Source: Thermoplasmata archaeon
GTDB taxonomy: Archaea; Thermoplasmatota; Thermoplasmata; Lutacidiplasmatales; UBA184
Reading direction: 5' to 3'
NCBI GenBank assembly: GCA_021819135.1
Contig: JAKASE010000001.1
Location: forward strand, 75,375-139,374
Length of the DNA: 64,000 nt
Shown: one piece after another, positions 31,895 to 41,251 of the stretch
Layout: each line of letters opens with the position of its first letter
Position numbering within the stretch: the first letter of the stretch is position 1
Notes under the pieces: model-generated
What the model saw: only the letters and a program-made list of their open reading frames with translations
Databases searched by the model: none
Told to the model about the DNA's origin: nothing
Program-made: the position numbers and the translations under genes

Positions 31895-33189
31895 AAGGTC
31901 CGATCGCAGGGGTGGCGGTGCTGATCGTGCTGGCCGCGTGCGCCGGGTACTGGATCGCGTACGACGAGTCCCACGCCTCCCAGACCCCGGTCTCCACCAC
32001 GTTCCAGTACGAGGAGACGGGGGTCTACTCGTACGTGGCCGAGCTGAAGAACAACTCGCTCTACGGACCGGTCAACCTGACGAACCCCAACGCGACCCTC
32101 TTCTACGGGATCACCTCGTGGCTTCACGTCACGTACGTCTACCACATCACGCTCGACCGGGTCGTGAACACGACCGTGAACGCCGAGGTGCCGGTGGTCC
32201 TGGAGAGCTCGGTCTGGTCGAAACCGCTCGGGGCACAGAACGCGACGTTCGCGGCGACCGGCGCGAGAGGGGCGACCCTCGCGGTCACCTACGACCTCAA
32301 CGTGACGTCGGTCGTCTCCTTGGTCTCGTCGATCGTGAACGACACCGGCTACCAGCCGGATGCCTTCGCCGTCCGGTTCAGCCCGACGGTGACGACCTCC
32401 GTGGACACGGGGGGCACGGTGGCTCCGGTAGAGTTCGCCTCCACGCTCGCGTTGAACTTCACCTCCCAGCAGATCGTGCCGAGCGCGCTCCTTTCCTCCG
32501 CTCGGGGGGCCCACACGATCCTTGGAAGCCCGACCGGCGGAGTGCCGGGGATCTGGGGGAACGCCTACCTTCCGATCGGGATCCTGGTCGCGAGCCTCGG
32601 GGCCGCCGGCTATCTCGGGCTCCGTCCGTCCGGCGGATCCGATCGCCACCCCCGATCCCGTCTCGAAGCCGACCTGCGGGCCTACCGGGACGAGATCGCG
32701 GAAACCGATACTCCCCCGCCGCGCCAGCCGTCGGTCGAGGTCCGGTCGTGGGCCGACCTGGTGAAAGTGGCCGACACCCTCGGGCGGCCGATCCTACGGC
32801 TGGCCGACGCGACCGGCGGGGCACGGGAGGGATCGGTCTTCTACGTCCTCGCGGATTCCGTGGCCTACGTCTACCGGATCGAGGAAGCGGACCGGCCCGG
32901 GGAACCGACCGGACTCCGGGGCCCATCTCGCGACGCCCCCGGTCCGGCGGGATCCGTCGACATCCGGGCCGCCGTCGGCGAAGGGGACCGATCGCTCGGA
33001 CGGTTCGTTCGGGAAGTGAGCGACGTCAGCGAACGCCTGCGGACGAGCGGGGTCGGGGGCGAGCCTCGGAGAGAGGTGGACGCGCTCCTCCTTCGCGCGA
33101 TCGCTCGGGCCCGGCAAGGGCATCTGGACAGCGCGGAGCGGCTCCTTCGCGAAGCGGCCGAGCGAGCGGGTCGGACCGACCTCCGATAG
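31891..33189 (+). CDS. membrane-anchored N-glycosylated protein with SipW-cognate-like signal peptide (TapA-like accessory/fibre subunit candidate)
   Basis: ATG overlaps upstream stop (ATGA); N-terminal GVAVLIVLAACAGYWIAYDE resembles GGTWAAFND-type SipW-cognate signal; >10 sequons; second TM near residue 250 and cytoplasmic tail. Confidence 0.6.
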   Translation: MKGPIAGVAVLIVLAACAGYWIAYDESHASQTPVSTTFQYEETGVYSYVAELKNNSLYGPVNLTNPNATLFYGITSWLHVTYVYHITLDRVVNTTVNAEVPVVLESSVWSKPLGAQNATFAATGARGATLAVTYDLNVTSVVSLVSSIVNDTGYQPDAFAVRFSPTVTTSVDTGGTVAPVEFASTLALNFTSQQIVPSALLSSARGAHTILGSPTGGVPGIWGNAYLPIGILVASLGAAGYLGLRPSGGSDRHPRSRLEADLRAYRDEIAETDTPPPRQPSVEVRSWADLVKVADTLGRPILRLADATGGAREGSVFYVLADSVAYVYRIEEADRPGEPTGLRGPSRDAPGPAGSVDIRAAVGEGDRSLGRFVREVSDVSERLRTSGVGGEPRREVDALLLRAIARARQGHLDSAERLLREAAERAGRTDLR

Positions 33190-33336
33190 CTCCGGGGCGG
33201 AGCCCGGGGCCCCGACGCGGTGCCCGGATCATAGGATTCCCGGGTTTGCTCTGGAGCAGTGGGCTCGGACCTTCGCAGTCGGCTTGCCATCGCCCGCCCA
33301 TGCCCGGTACGAGGTGAAAGGCCTCAGGCTGAGAAA

Positions 33337-33876
33337 ATGTCGGGCAAGTGGGTTGTGGGACTGGTCGGAGTGTTCGTCGTGCTGGGCGTCGCGGGGGTCG
33401 GATTCGCGGCCTTCACGGACCCGTTGACCATCAATGGGAGCGCCACGGCAGGTACCTTGGACGTGCATATCGTGGACTACAGCAACAACGTCGCCTACCC
33501 GGGACACACGTACCTCACGCATCTCAGCGGTGACAAGAAGTCGATCGACCTCTATGCGTGGAACCTGGTTCCGGGCCAGTACCCGAACGAGCAGGTGAAG
33601 CTGAAGAACGTCGGCACGCTCCCGGCGCACATCGCCGTCACGCTCGTCAACAGCGACGGGAACCTCGTGGCCATGGGCGGCGCCGATGCCTTCGATGTCC
33701 AGACCACCTCGGGGCTCACCGCGGTGGGAGGTGTCTGGAGCGTCACACACTGGGTGACCCTCTACCCGGGCCACTCGATCTGGGACACGATCTACGTCGG
33801 GATCCCGGCGGGATCGACGTCCGCACCGGCGAGCACGACCTTCACGATCGTGTACACCGCGACCGCGGGCACCTGA
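33337..33876 (+). CDS. TasA/camelysin-like (peptidase M73 fold) secreted protein with SipW-cognate class signal peptide
   Basis: Signal VVGLVGVFVVLGVAGVGFAAFTD (G-x-G-F-A-A-F-T-D); GTLDVHIV...NLVPGQYPNEQVKLKNVGTLPAHIAVTLV parallels TasA GTLDL...NLKPGD...F.NNGSL. Confidence 0.7.
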   Translation: MSGKWVVGLVGVFVVLGVAGVGFAAFTDPLTINGSATAGTLDVHIVDYSNNVAYPGHTYLTHLSGDKKSIDLYAWNLVPGQYPNEQVKLKNVGTLPAHIAVTLVNSDGNLVAMGGADAFDVQTTSGLTAVGGVWSVTHWVTLYPGHSIWDTIYVGIPAGSTSAPASTTFTIVYTATAGT

Positions 33877-34208
33877 GCACCGAGAGACGCCTGCGAGTCG
33901 CAGCGCCGGTCGAAACCCTTTCCGGGCGGGCCGGTGGGGACCCCCACTCCCACCGACCCGCCTCCCGTATCCTTCGCGGTCTCTCCGAAGGGCAGGACTT
34001 TTCCCCCGAGACCCCACCGGATCGTGCGCTCCTGGAGCGCCGCCGGACCTCCGTACCGGTCGGCGGCCGAAGGGCCCGGGGGGTAGCGGCGGATCCCGAC
34101 CCGCTCCGCGGAAGATCCAGGACCGGGCTCTCGACACATGCCTCCGGAGGCCGACCCACTTCTCCGTACGCTCCGAGCCCGTTCGGGCCGTCCGGACGTC
34201 GAAGCGAC

Positions 34209-35018
34209 CTAGGCCGGCAGCCCGCCGTCGATCGGTACCCCGGTCCCGAACATCCCGATCGCCGATCCGAGGGCGACGAGCCAGGACAGCGGCGGGAGAT
34301 GGAGGCTACCGGGCCAGACCTCGGGGAACCGCTTCCGCTTGTCGCCCGAGCGTCCGACCGGTGCCCGCGCCGCCCCCGCATCATGGGACAATGGCCGGTG
34401 AGCAGAGCGCGAGAGGGACCCGGCAGCGAATGTCGGTGCCGACGCGTAGGCGGAGCCCGACGGAATGCTCGGGATCGGCGCCCGTGACGCGGTAGGAGGA
34501 AGACGGACCCTTGCGCCCTCGACCAAGGCGCCCGCGGGTTCTGGCGGGGCCTTCAAAGCGACGACCCACCGATGCCACCGCCCTTCCGCGGACCGGCCTT
34601 CGGCATCCCGGACGGAGAGCGCGGTCAGATCCTCCACGGCGGTGGCGAGCTCCGTTCGACGCTGGATCACGAGGTTCGCCGCGTTGAGCCAATCCTTGCC
34701 CCGGTCCGTAGCGCGGAACCCTATCGCGGTCCGCCGGAGCAGGCCCTGTTGCAGGGCCACTCCGGAGTAGCGAGAGAACGAGTCTTCGTTGAGGTTGGCC
34801 CGCCCGATGAGGCGGCCTTTCCGCATCTCCGACACCGCGGCGGCCACGAGGTCTCGGAGAACCTCGACCTTCGTTCGATACCGCCGACTACCGGTGCTCG
34901 TGGTCGTCCCCCCTCGGCCCGGGGCAAGCGTTCTCCCGGCGCCGGTGAAGGGCGCACGCGCTCCGATAAACGCATAGTGGCACGGAATTGACCTACCGGC
35001 CCGGTTCGCGCGCCTCAC
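34209..35018 (-). CDS. HTH_45-type winged-helix protein paralogue with C-terminal extension ending in a hydrophobic segment (start uncertain: GTG 35018 or ATG 35210)
   Basis: RRYRTKVEVLRDLVAAAVSEMRKGRLIGRANLNEDSFSRYSGVALQQGLL paralogous to 29892-30563 including the conserved TT.TG.RR.YR pre-helix segment. Confidence 0.5.
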   Translation of the reverse strand: MRRANRAGRSIPCHYAFIGARAPFTGAGRTLAPGRGGTTTSTGSRRYRTKVEVLRDLVAAAVSEMRKGRLIGRANLNEDSFSRYSGVALQQGLLRRTAIGFRATDRGKDWLNAANLVIQRRTELATAVEDLTALSVRDAEGRSAEGRWHRWVVALKAPPEPAGALVEGARVRLPPTASRAPIPSIPSGSAYASAPTFAAGSLSRSAHRPLSHDAGAARAPVGRSGDKRKRFPEVWPGSLHLPPLSWLVALGSAIGMFGTGVPIDGGLPA

Positions 35019-35382
35019 GACCGGCGGCGAAGGGTTGGGGCTCGCAAACCCCGTTCGACATGTAGGTCCCGCGCTCTTCCCACTCCCGAGCTCGAGCCGA
35101 TAAGGGCGACCGGGTCGGTCCTCTCTCGGGCGCGCAGAGGGACTTCCTCTGGCGACCGGCTCGGTGGTGTGCCCCTTGACCCGCGAGTTCCAGCAAGGGT
35201 CGGAGGCCATTCCACCGGGACCAAGGCCGGACTCGGGGCTCGGCAGGGCATTCGTCTGAGTTGGCTCGAACGAGGCGTGGGATCACCCTCTCGACCGGCG
35301 GGTCCGAAGAGGGAGCTGCGGCCGTCCTCGAGTGGGCGGGTAGCCCAAACTTATGAAGAACGGGGCATCCGCCCAGACGGTT

Positions 35383-35455
35383 GCCACTGTAGCTCAGTCG
35401 GCAGAGCGGCTGATTCGTAATCAGCAGGTCGGGGGTTCAAGTCCCTCCAGTGGCT
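35383..35455 (+). tRNA. tRNA-Thr (CGU)
   Basis: 73-nt cloverleaf: acceptor GCCACTG/CAGTGGC, D-arm GCTCAGTCGGCAGAGC, anticodon loop TTCGTAA, T-arm GGGGGTTCAAGTCCCTC; TATA-like CTTATGA ~30 nt upstream. Confidence 0.85.
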
Positions 35456-35499
35456 TTGGTCCAAGGGTTCATATCCGTTGACAGCCCTCCCTCGAAGCG

Positions 35500-36742
35500 A
35501 TGGGTCAATCCCCGGTCGAACCGGCCGCCGACAATCGCCGGTTCGACATCCACGACACGCACGCCCAGATCGCCCACGCGGAGGCCCGACTGCGCTCAGG
35601 GGACTCGGGGGTCCCACCCGAGACCGCTCAGGCGATCCTCGAGTTCGTTGAGGCTCGTAGAGAAGCCGTCTCCGCGCAGAGGACGGTGACCTACCTTCGC
35701 GAATCTCCAGGCGGCCTCGAAGAGACTCGGCCGGGACCTTCTGGAACCGAACCGGGAGACGCCCGCGAAGTTCCTGCGGGCCTACCGCGAGAAGGAGGTC
35801 TGGACCAAGCTCACTGTGCGCTCCGTCCTCTACTCATTCTGGAAGTGGCGGTTCAATCGTGATGGGAAGGACTTCCCCCGCTGGCTCAAGATACCGCTCT
35901 CTGCGCGAGGGGCGAGCCGGAAAGACCACAACGATGTGTTGACCCCGGAGGAGGTCGCACGCATCGCCGATCACACAGTCAACCTCCGCGACAAGGCTCT
36001 GATCTGGGTCCTCTACGAGAGCGGAGGACGGATCGGCGAGGTGCTGACCCTGCGAATCGGCGACGTGGAGAGAACCGAATACGGGGCGGTCCGCCTCTAC
36101 TTTCCGACGGGAAAGACCGGTCGACGAACTGTCCCCCTCTTTGAAGCCGCGGTGCCGAACCTTCTCCTCTGGCTCAAGAACCATCCCCGAGCCAGCGACA
36201 GGGACGCTCCCCTCTGGGTCCAGATCGAGCAGGCGAACCCGAGCGGAAGTGGAATCGGCTACCGCTACGTCGTCAAGTTGCTCGAGCGAGCGGCGGCCCG
36301 CGCCGGCGTGGCGAAGCCGGTGAATCCGCACAGCTTCCGGCATTCCCGAGCCACGGCTGTGGCACAGAATCCCCAAGTCTCGACCTCGGTGCTCGAGAAG
36401 TTCTTCGGTTGGCAGCCGGGTTCGTCGATGGCGAAGACGTACGTTCACCTGTCGGGCAAGGAAGTCGAGGACGCCCTTGCCCGAGCCCACGGGATCGACC
36501 TCGGCAGATCGGAAACTCCGATGTCGAAGCTCCCGCGTGTGTGCGCCCGCTGCTCTACCTCAAACGACCCTGACGGGAAGTTCTGCGTCCAGTGCGGTGG
36601 TCCGCTCAGTCTTGAAGGCGTGGAGGAGCGGGCGAAGTGGAAGGCCGAGGAAGATGCGCTTGCCAACCTTCTTGACGACCCGAAGGTCCGCTCATTCATC
36701 GCGCGCCGGCTGAGGGTACATCTCGGCCGTGCAGAGGCGTAA
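35500..36742 (+). CDS. tyrosine recombinase/integrase, apparent +1 frameshift near 35690-35700 (N-terminal domain in frame of 35500, catalytic domain in frame of 35816)
   Basis: Catalytic boxes GGRIGEV (Arg), HSFRHSRAT (His-x-x-Arg), KTYVHL (Tyr); C-terminal zinc ribbon CARC...CVQCG; frame-2 reading open from 35690 encodes genuine-looking FLRAYREKEVWTKL segment lacking any start codon. Confidence 0.75.
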
Positions 36743-36912
36743 CGGTCTGCTCCCCCGGACGGGTCGCGATCTTGGGTCCGTTCCCATTCGAGCCGCAAGG
36801 GTTGCAATCAGTCTCGGAAGGGGGCATTAGGAAACCCTGCTCTCCGCAAAGGATCCGGCAGCGCTCTAGGGTGGGGGGGTTCTACAAGGTGCCCCTTTTG
36901 TGAGCATCGCCT

Positions 36913-37515
36913 GTGGCCCTAGTTCTTGCGATGAGTCGAGGAACACAAGGTGGAGGCTCGAAGACGGCGCCTTCGAGTGTGAGACTACTCGATTGGCTCG
37001 AAGGGTTCGGACCGGAGCAGGCGCGTGTGGTCGACGTACGACGGATTCTCGGCATCCTGTCAGGGGAGGATTTCACGTCTGATTGGCGTATACTCCCTTC
37101 GCTCTACCGCACAGACCGGAAGAAGTATCTCTTTCACAAGCGCAGGATTGACAGATTGCTTCGGGGCTCGCCCTCATCGGTCAACGCGAAGCGACCCTGG
37201 ACGCCTCGAAGGGCCGTACTTGGCGGTCCAGTGAACAGACTCCCGGAGTTCACCGAGGTCAACGGCTTCTTCTGGAACGACAACGACGGAAATCACCGAG
37301 TCGTCGTGGCAAAACGGAAGTGCTACCTCAGGATGAAGGGACTAGTTACTCGCGGCCGGTTCAAGCCCGAAACTCCCCCTCCGCTTCTCCAATGGGTAGC
37401 GAGTATCGAAGCTCAGGCAGAGGCACCGAGAGCGTCGAGTCGTGCGCGGTGGCCAGCTCCGCACATCGCTCCTCTATTGCCGCGTCGGTATCGTCTGCGC
37501 AAGACGACCCCTTAA
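36913..37515 (+). CDS. hypothetical protein (island cargo)
   Basis: 200-aa ORF in lower-GC island with A/T-ending codons atypical of host; no family recognised. Confidence 0.35.
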   Translation: MALVLAMSRGTQGGGSKTAPSSVRLLDWLEGFGPEQARVVDVRRILGILSGEDFTSDWRILPSLYRTDRKKYLFHKRRIDRLLRGSPSSVNAKRPWTPRRAVLGGPVNRLPEFTEVNGFFWNDNDGNHRVVVAKRKCYLRMKGLVTRGRFKPETPPPLLQWVASIEAQAEAPRASSRARWPAPHIAPLLPRRYRLRKTTP

Positions 37516-37594
37516 TCGCGACGGCCCCCACGTCACCCCCGCGTGCACAAATCTCACTCTTCGACTGGCGACCGCCTCCGTGGGCCAAAGTATC

Positions 37595-37942
37595 ATGGCT
37601 CATTTCGGAGTCCACCAGCTGATGCGAGCGCGAGTCGTCGCGGTGGGTGTTCTGATGATGATCGTCGGGGCACTTCTCTCTCTTCTCGCATTCCTGCTCG
37701 CATCCAATCGAAGCTCCTTGGATGGACTGCTACCCGATACAATGATTGCGTATGGTGGCGTCATAGGACTGATTGGATTCGTCCTCTTGATCGTCGGTTT
37801 AGTGGCGAAACGGAAGTCGGGCCAGGCCGTCCCCTCTGCGACGCCTGCGTCCTCGCGGTCTTGCCCTTCACGCGGCGTTGGCAACGCTAGCGCCGCTCTC
37901 TTCTGTCAGAAGTGCGGAAGGCCTCTGCCGCCACCCGCGTGA
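37595..37942 (+). CDS. small membrane protein with C-terminal zinc ribbon (island cargo)
   Basis: ATG 37595; two TM helices then CPSRG...CQKCG. Confidence 0.4.
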   Translation: MAHFGVHQLMRARVVAVGVLMMIVGALLSLLAFLLASNRSSLDGLLPDTMIAYGGVIGLIGFVLLIVGLVAKRKSGQAVPSATPASSRSCPSRGVGNASAALFCQKCGRPLPPPA

Positions 37943-38120
37943 GCATCAGTAGTACAGGCGACCCAGATCGGGATTTGAAAACGGACCGTTACGCCCAACC
38001 CATAGTCGAGGTCGGGTCACTCAATCAGAAGCCTTCAGATTGGTACCTAAGTCACTCAGCCCTCGCCAGCCCGAGGAGGAGCCTATAAACGACCATTGCG
38101 AGTCCACGAACCTTCGACCG

Positions 38121-38759
38121 ATGGCATCGTATGCCCTGCCGGTACCGAGGTTTTGGGTCATCGTACTGGTTCTCCTGCTTCTGGTCATCGTGCCCTCGAT
38201 CACCGGAGGGGTGACCATCGCAGAAGGTTACACGGCCGGCGGCGCCATTCTGGTCTTATTGGCGATAGCAATGCTCATCGGTGCAGTGTGGTGGGTGGAC
38301 TCTTCACACCGCAACGAGTTGGAAGCAGAGAAGGCCGCACACGCTCGAGTCCTCGAAGTCCAAGCAGCCGAAGCTCCGCGAAGATCGGAGCAGGAACAAC
38401 GACGATTAAGGCGTGAAGAGCTGCTCCGGCTCTCTCGACAGGACTTTCAGGATGCCGTCATCGGAATGTTGGGAGGAGTATCGAATCCGATCAAGGCTCG
38501 TGACTTTGGAGTTGACGGTCACCTATCCGATGGAACTCCGATCCAAGTGACGCAGAGCCCGAATGTACCGCGAAACAAGGTCGACCTGTTTCTTGCTGCC
38601 GTTCTCCGCGAGAAGCGGACTGCGGGGACTATGGTGGCGCTCTCATATTCCCAAGGTTCCTTGGACGAGGCGGAGCGGTTAGCGAGGGAACAAGGAGTGA
38701 ACCTGACTCTCCGTACGCTCGACGAGATTCTCGGGCTCTCTTCCCGTGACGTCTGCTGA
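38121..38759 (+). CDS. membrane-anchored PD-(D/E)XK restriction-endonuclease-like (Mrr_cat) domain protein
   Basis: Two N-terminal TM helices, coiled-coil linker, C-terminal FQDAVIGML...DFGVDGH...IQVTQS...NKVD resembling Mrr catalytic domain. Confidence 0.55.
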   Translation: MASYALPVPRFWVIVLVLLLLVIVPSITGGVTIAEGYTAGGAILVLLAIAMLIGAVWWVDSSHRNELEAEKAAHARVLEVQAAEAPRRSEQEQRRLRREELLRLSRQDFQDAVIGMLGGVSNPIKARDFGVDGHLSDGTPIQVTQSPNVPRNKVDLFLAAVLREKRTAGTMVALSYSQGSLDEAERLAREQGVNLTLRTLDEILGLSSRDVC

Positions 38760-38854
38760 GGGGACGCGGATCCAACGACCCCCGTCATCCGTAACCCACC
38801 CCTTAATCACCCAACGTCCCATCCACCCATGCCGCAGAGTGATGGGCAGGCTAT

Positions 38855-39172
38855 ATGCCAACGAGAAAGGACACTGAGAGAGAACCCCCGAGCGAGAAGG
38901 AATACGTGCTCATCCCAAGACATGCAGGGGTGAGGCTCCGGATGACCCAGCTACCCGGCGAGCCCGAGCCGAGCCCTCAGGTGTTTACATGCCCGACGTG
39001 CCCTGCTGACCAACGATTGGTCATGGTGTCCCTTGAAACGGTGAACCTGCGGAACAAGCTTCGACTCCGAAAGCAGGGCAAGAAGGTCGAAGAACTCCAT
39101 CTTATCCTCTCCCTGAATCGAAGACAGGCAGAACAACTCCTCGCGGGGTTTCGTGAAACCGCGCAGCCCTAG
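38855..39172 (+). CDS. hypothetical protein (island cargo)
   Basis: 105-aa ORF, CPTCP motif; low-GC codon usage. Confidence 0.3.
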   Translation: MPTRKDTEREPPSEKEYVLIPRHAGVRLRMTQLPGEPEPSPQVFTCPTCPADQRLVMVSLETVNLRNKLRLRKQGKKVEELHLILSLNRRQAEQLLAGFRETAQP

Positions 39173-39251
39173 AACCGGTCCGAGCTGAAGCTATTCAACT
39201 TGGAGGTTCGGCTGAGGGAATACAGAGGCGCAGAGTCATGGAGGAATCAGC

Positions 39252-39695
39252 TTGCCATTCACATACGGAAGCAAGACGGAGAACAATCTGATTAGTCAAG
39301 CCTTCGACGGCCGTCGGGGGTTTAAAGCTGAGGACAGCGATTCGGATTCGATCATGGAGGACCACGGAGGAACCTGTCCCGAATGCGCGCGCCTTTTCGG
39401 AGAGGATGCCGCCTTCGTGCCCCTGTCTGTCGCCAGGTGGGTCAAACGACACTGCCTTGAGATGAACTTCGTTCACGACGACCGTGAACTCGATGTGCTG
39501 GCGCAGTTGGAGTGGGACGAGGATCTGCAGCGGCAGATGCCCGCGCGTACTCGGCGCGAATTCAGAGCGTGGCGAGAGAAACGCAGTCAAGGGACACACC
39601 CACCTATCGAGCTCGGAAAGGGGATTTTGACGGCTCCCCACCGGACACCTCCGTGCCGTTTCCACGGACGTTCTTTCCGGGTTGGCGGCGTCTAG
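39252..39695 (+). CDS. hypothetical protein (island cargo)
   Basis: 147-aa ORF with CPEC...HC motif; no family recognised. Confidence 0.3.
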   Translation: MPFTYGSKTENNLISQAFDGRRGFKAEDSDSDSIMEDHGGTCPECARLFGEDAAFVPLSVARWVKRHCLEMNFVHDDRELDVLAQLEWDEDLQRQMPARTRREFRAWREKRSQGTHPPIELGKGILTAPHRTPPCRFHGRSFRVGGV

Positions 39696-39705
39696 TTAGC
39701 TCCCC

Positions 39706-40440
39706 ATGCTGAAGGAGAATATGTTCACACCCATGCCGAATCGACGGTGGGGAGATGTCCTGAGGGACAAGTGGTTGGAGGCTATGCGGAACGAAGCGAA
39801 CAGTCGCGGTTGGGCTTTCACGGAAGAGGGGCCGGTAAACAACCGTAAGGACAACACGGCGTTCACCTTGAACACCGCCCCCGCCGCTGACTCAGACCCG
39901 TCCTCGGTAGAAACACCGAACGGTGTCTCTCACATCGTGTGCGGGGTTCTCCACGCCACTTACTCATTGGACCGTTGGGCGGTCTCCCGGAAGATTCTGG
40001 CAGACTTGGACAGCCACTCCAAACTAACCGGGGACAGGTACGTCGCCGTCCTTCTCTATAAGGCTCACGACGTTGGCTGTGTCCTATACCCCAAGGACAT
40101 CCAATCTCGGACTCAAGGGACGCCGATCGAGGGGACGATGGATATTGTGAGAGATGACCTCGATGGTCTGACTTGGTTTGATACGATGCCGTACTGCGCG
40201 GACTGCCTTGTACTCTCAACACCACCACCGGGTTCGTTGACCCTTTCGGGTCTGGATATAGAAGTTCCTCCCTCCCGCCCAATAGACCGTCGTCTCGCCA
40301 AGGAACAGGTGAGGCACGACCAGTTCTGTCCTCATGGCCAAGTGCTCCTTCTCAAGTCACGGGAGAAGGGGGTGAAGGCTGCAGGTGATGGTTGCTGGGT
40401 CGGCGGAGAGCACCCGGACGCTGGAGGTAATACACAGTGA
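39706..40440 (+). CDS. hypothetical protein (island cargo)
   Basis: 244-aa ORF; no family recognised. Confidence 0.35.
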   Translation: MLKENMFTPMPNRRWGDVLRDKWLEAMRNEANSRGWAFTEEGPVNNRKDNTAFTLNTAPAADSDPSSVETPNGVSHIVCGVLHATYSLDRWAVSRKILADLDSHSKLTGDRYVAVLLYKAHDVGCVLYPKDIQSRTQGTPIEGTMDIVRDDLDGLTWFDTMPYCADCLVLSTPPPGSLTLSGLDIEVPPSRPIDRRLAKEQVRHDQFCPHGQVLLLKSREKGVKAAGDGCWVGGEHPDAGGNTQ

Positions 40441-40865
40441 CAGGCTCGGACTCGTTACGAGAGTCCACGGCGGGATTCTATGGACGCGTTGGGAGCGAAG
40501 TCCCCCTATCGGAAGCGTCGCGTGACCGCCGTCTTCAACCCTGGAGTCGTGAACGAAAGGCTGAGACCCGGCTCGGCATGAATCCGAAGCTCCGGCTCGC
40601 TTCTGGCGATTTCTGGTTCTCCGCAGCTAAGTTTAAGATGCACCCGTTGACTGCGCGTTTGGATGACAGGGTCGCGTCGATTTCTCGCCATCGAGCGCGC
40701 GTTCCTGTCGTGTGTGACCGATTGGGCGACCCCGGGTTCGCCATCGGCCGCGGTCCACCGGAGCAGGCATGGACCCAAACGAGAACCCGGAGCCTTCGGA
40801 CAGCCGAGGTAGCGACCGTCCACGTGTGTGCTTCCGCCCACCGGGCGGCCCCGTGGGTAGATTGA
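40437..40865 (+). CDS. hypothetical protein (island cargo)
   Basis: ATGA overlap with upstream ORF; 142 aa. Confidence 0.25.
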   Translation: MTGSDSLRESTAGFYGRVGSEVPLSEASRDRRLQPWSRERKAETRLGMNPKLRLASGDFWFSAAKFKMHPLTARLDDRVASISRHRARVPVVCDRLGDPGFAIGRGPPEQAWTQTRTRSLRTAEVATVHVCASAHRAAPWVD

Positions 40866-41005
40866 ATGACGACCGGAGACTGGGAGGGGCAGATCGTTCT
40901 TGCCCTTCCAGTACGTCGAGCTCCTCCGTCCAGATCCGGGCTACGAGGCCGTCGGTAGGCGGTGTGGGGCTCCGACGGTCTCCCTCGATCGGGCGCCGCC
41001 GGCGC

Positions 41006-41251
41006 ATGCGGTGGTTTACGGTTTCGGTGTCCGTAGTTGCCGTTCTCATCCTCCTATCCTCATCGATCGGATTGATTCGCGCCGCTGGGAGCGGGGGCGC
41101 CTTCCCCGCCGGGATCGTGGGTTCCGCCACTCCGTACTATCCGTTGCTGGTCCCTCCGTCGATGTGGCCGTCACCGGACACTGCCGTGCCGTCCACGTCC
41201 GGGGTCAACCTGTCACTTCCGCAACTAGTGGGCGTTTCCAGAAGTTCCTAG
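41006..41251 (+). CDS. possible small secreted/membrane peptide (81 aa)
   Basis: MRWFTVSVSVVAVLILLSSSIGLIRA signal-like N-terminus. Confidence 0.25.
   Translation: MRWFTVSVSVVAVLILLSSSIGLIRAAGSGGAFPAGIVGSATPYYPLLVPPSMWPSPDTAVPSTSGVNLSLPQLVGVSRSS

Noticed and set aside
36760-36800. GGGTTGCAATCAGTC resembling tRNA T-arm GGGTTCAAGTCCCTC just after the integrase
   Set aside because: The match is partial (11/15) and there is no flanking acceptor-stem match. It is probably coincidental.
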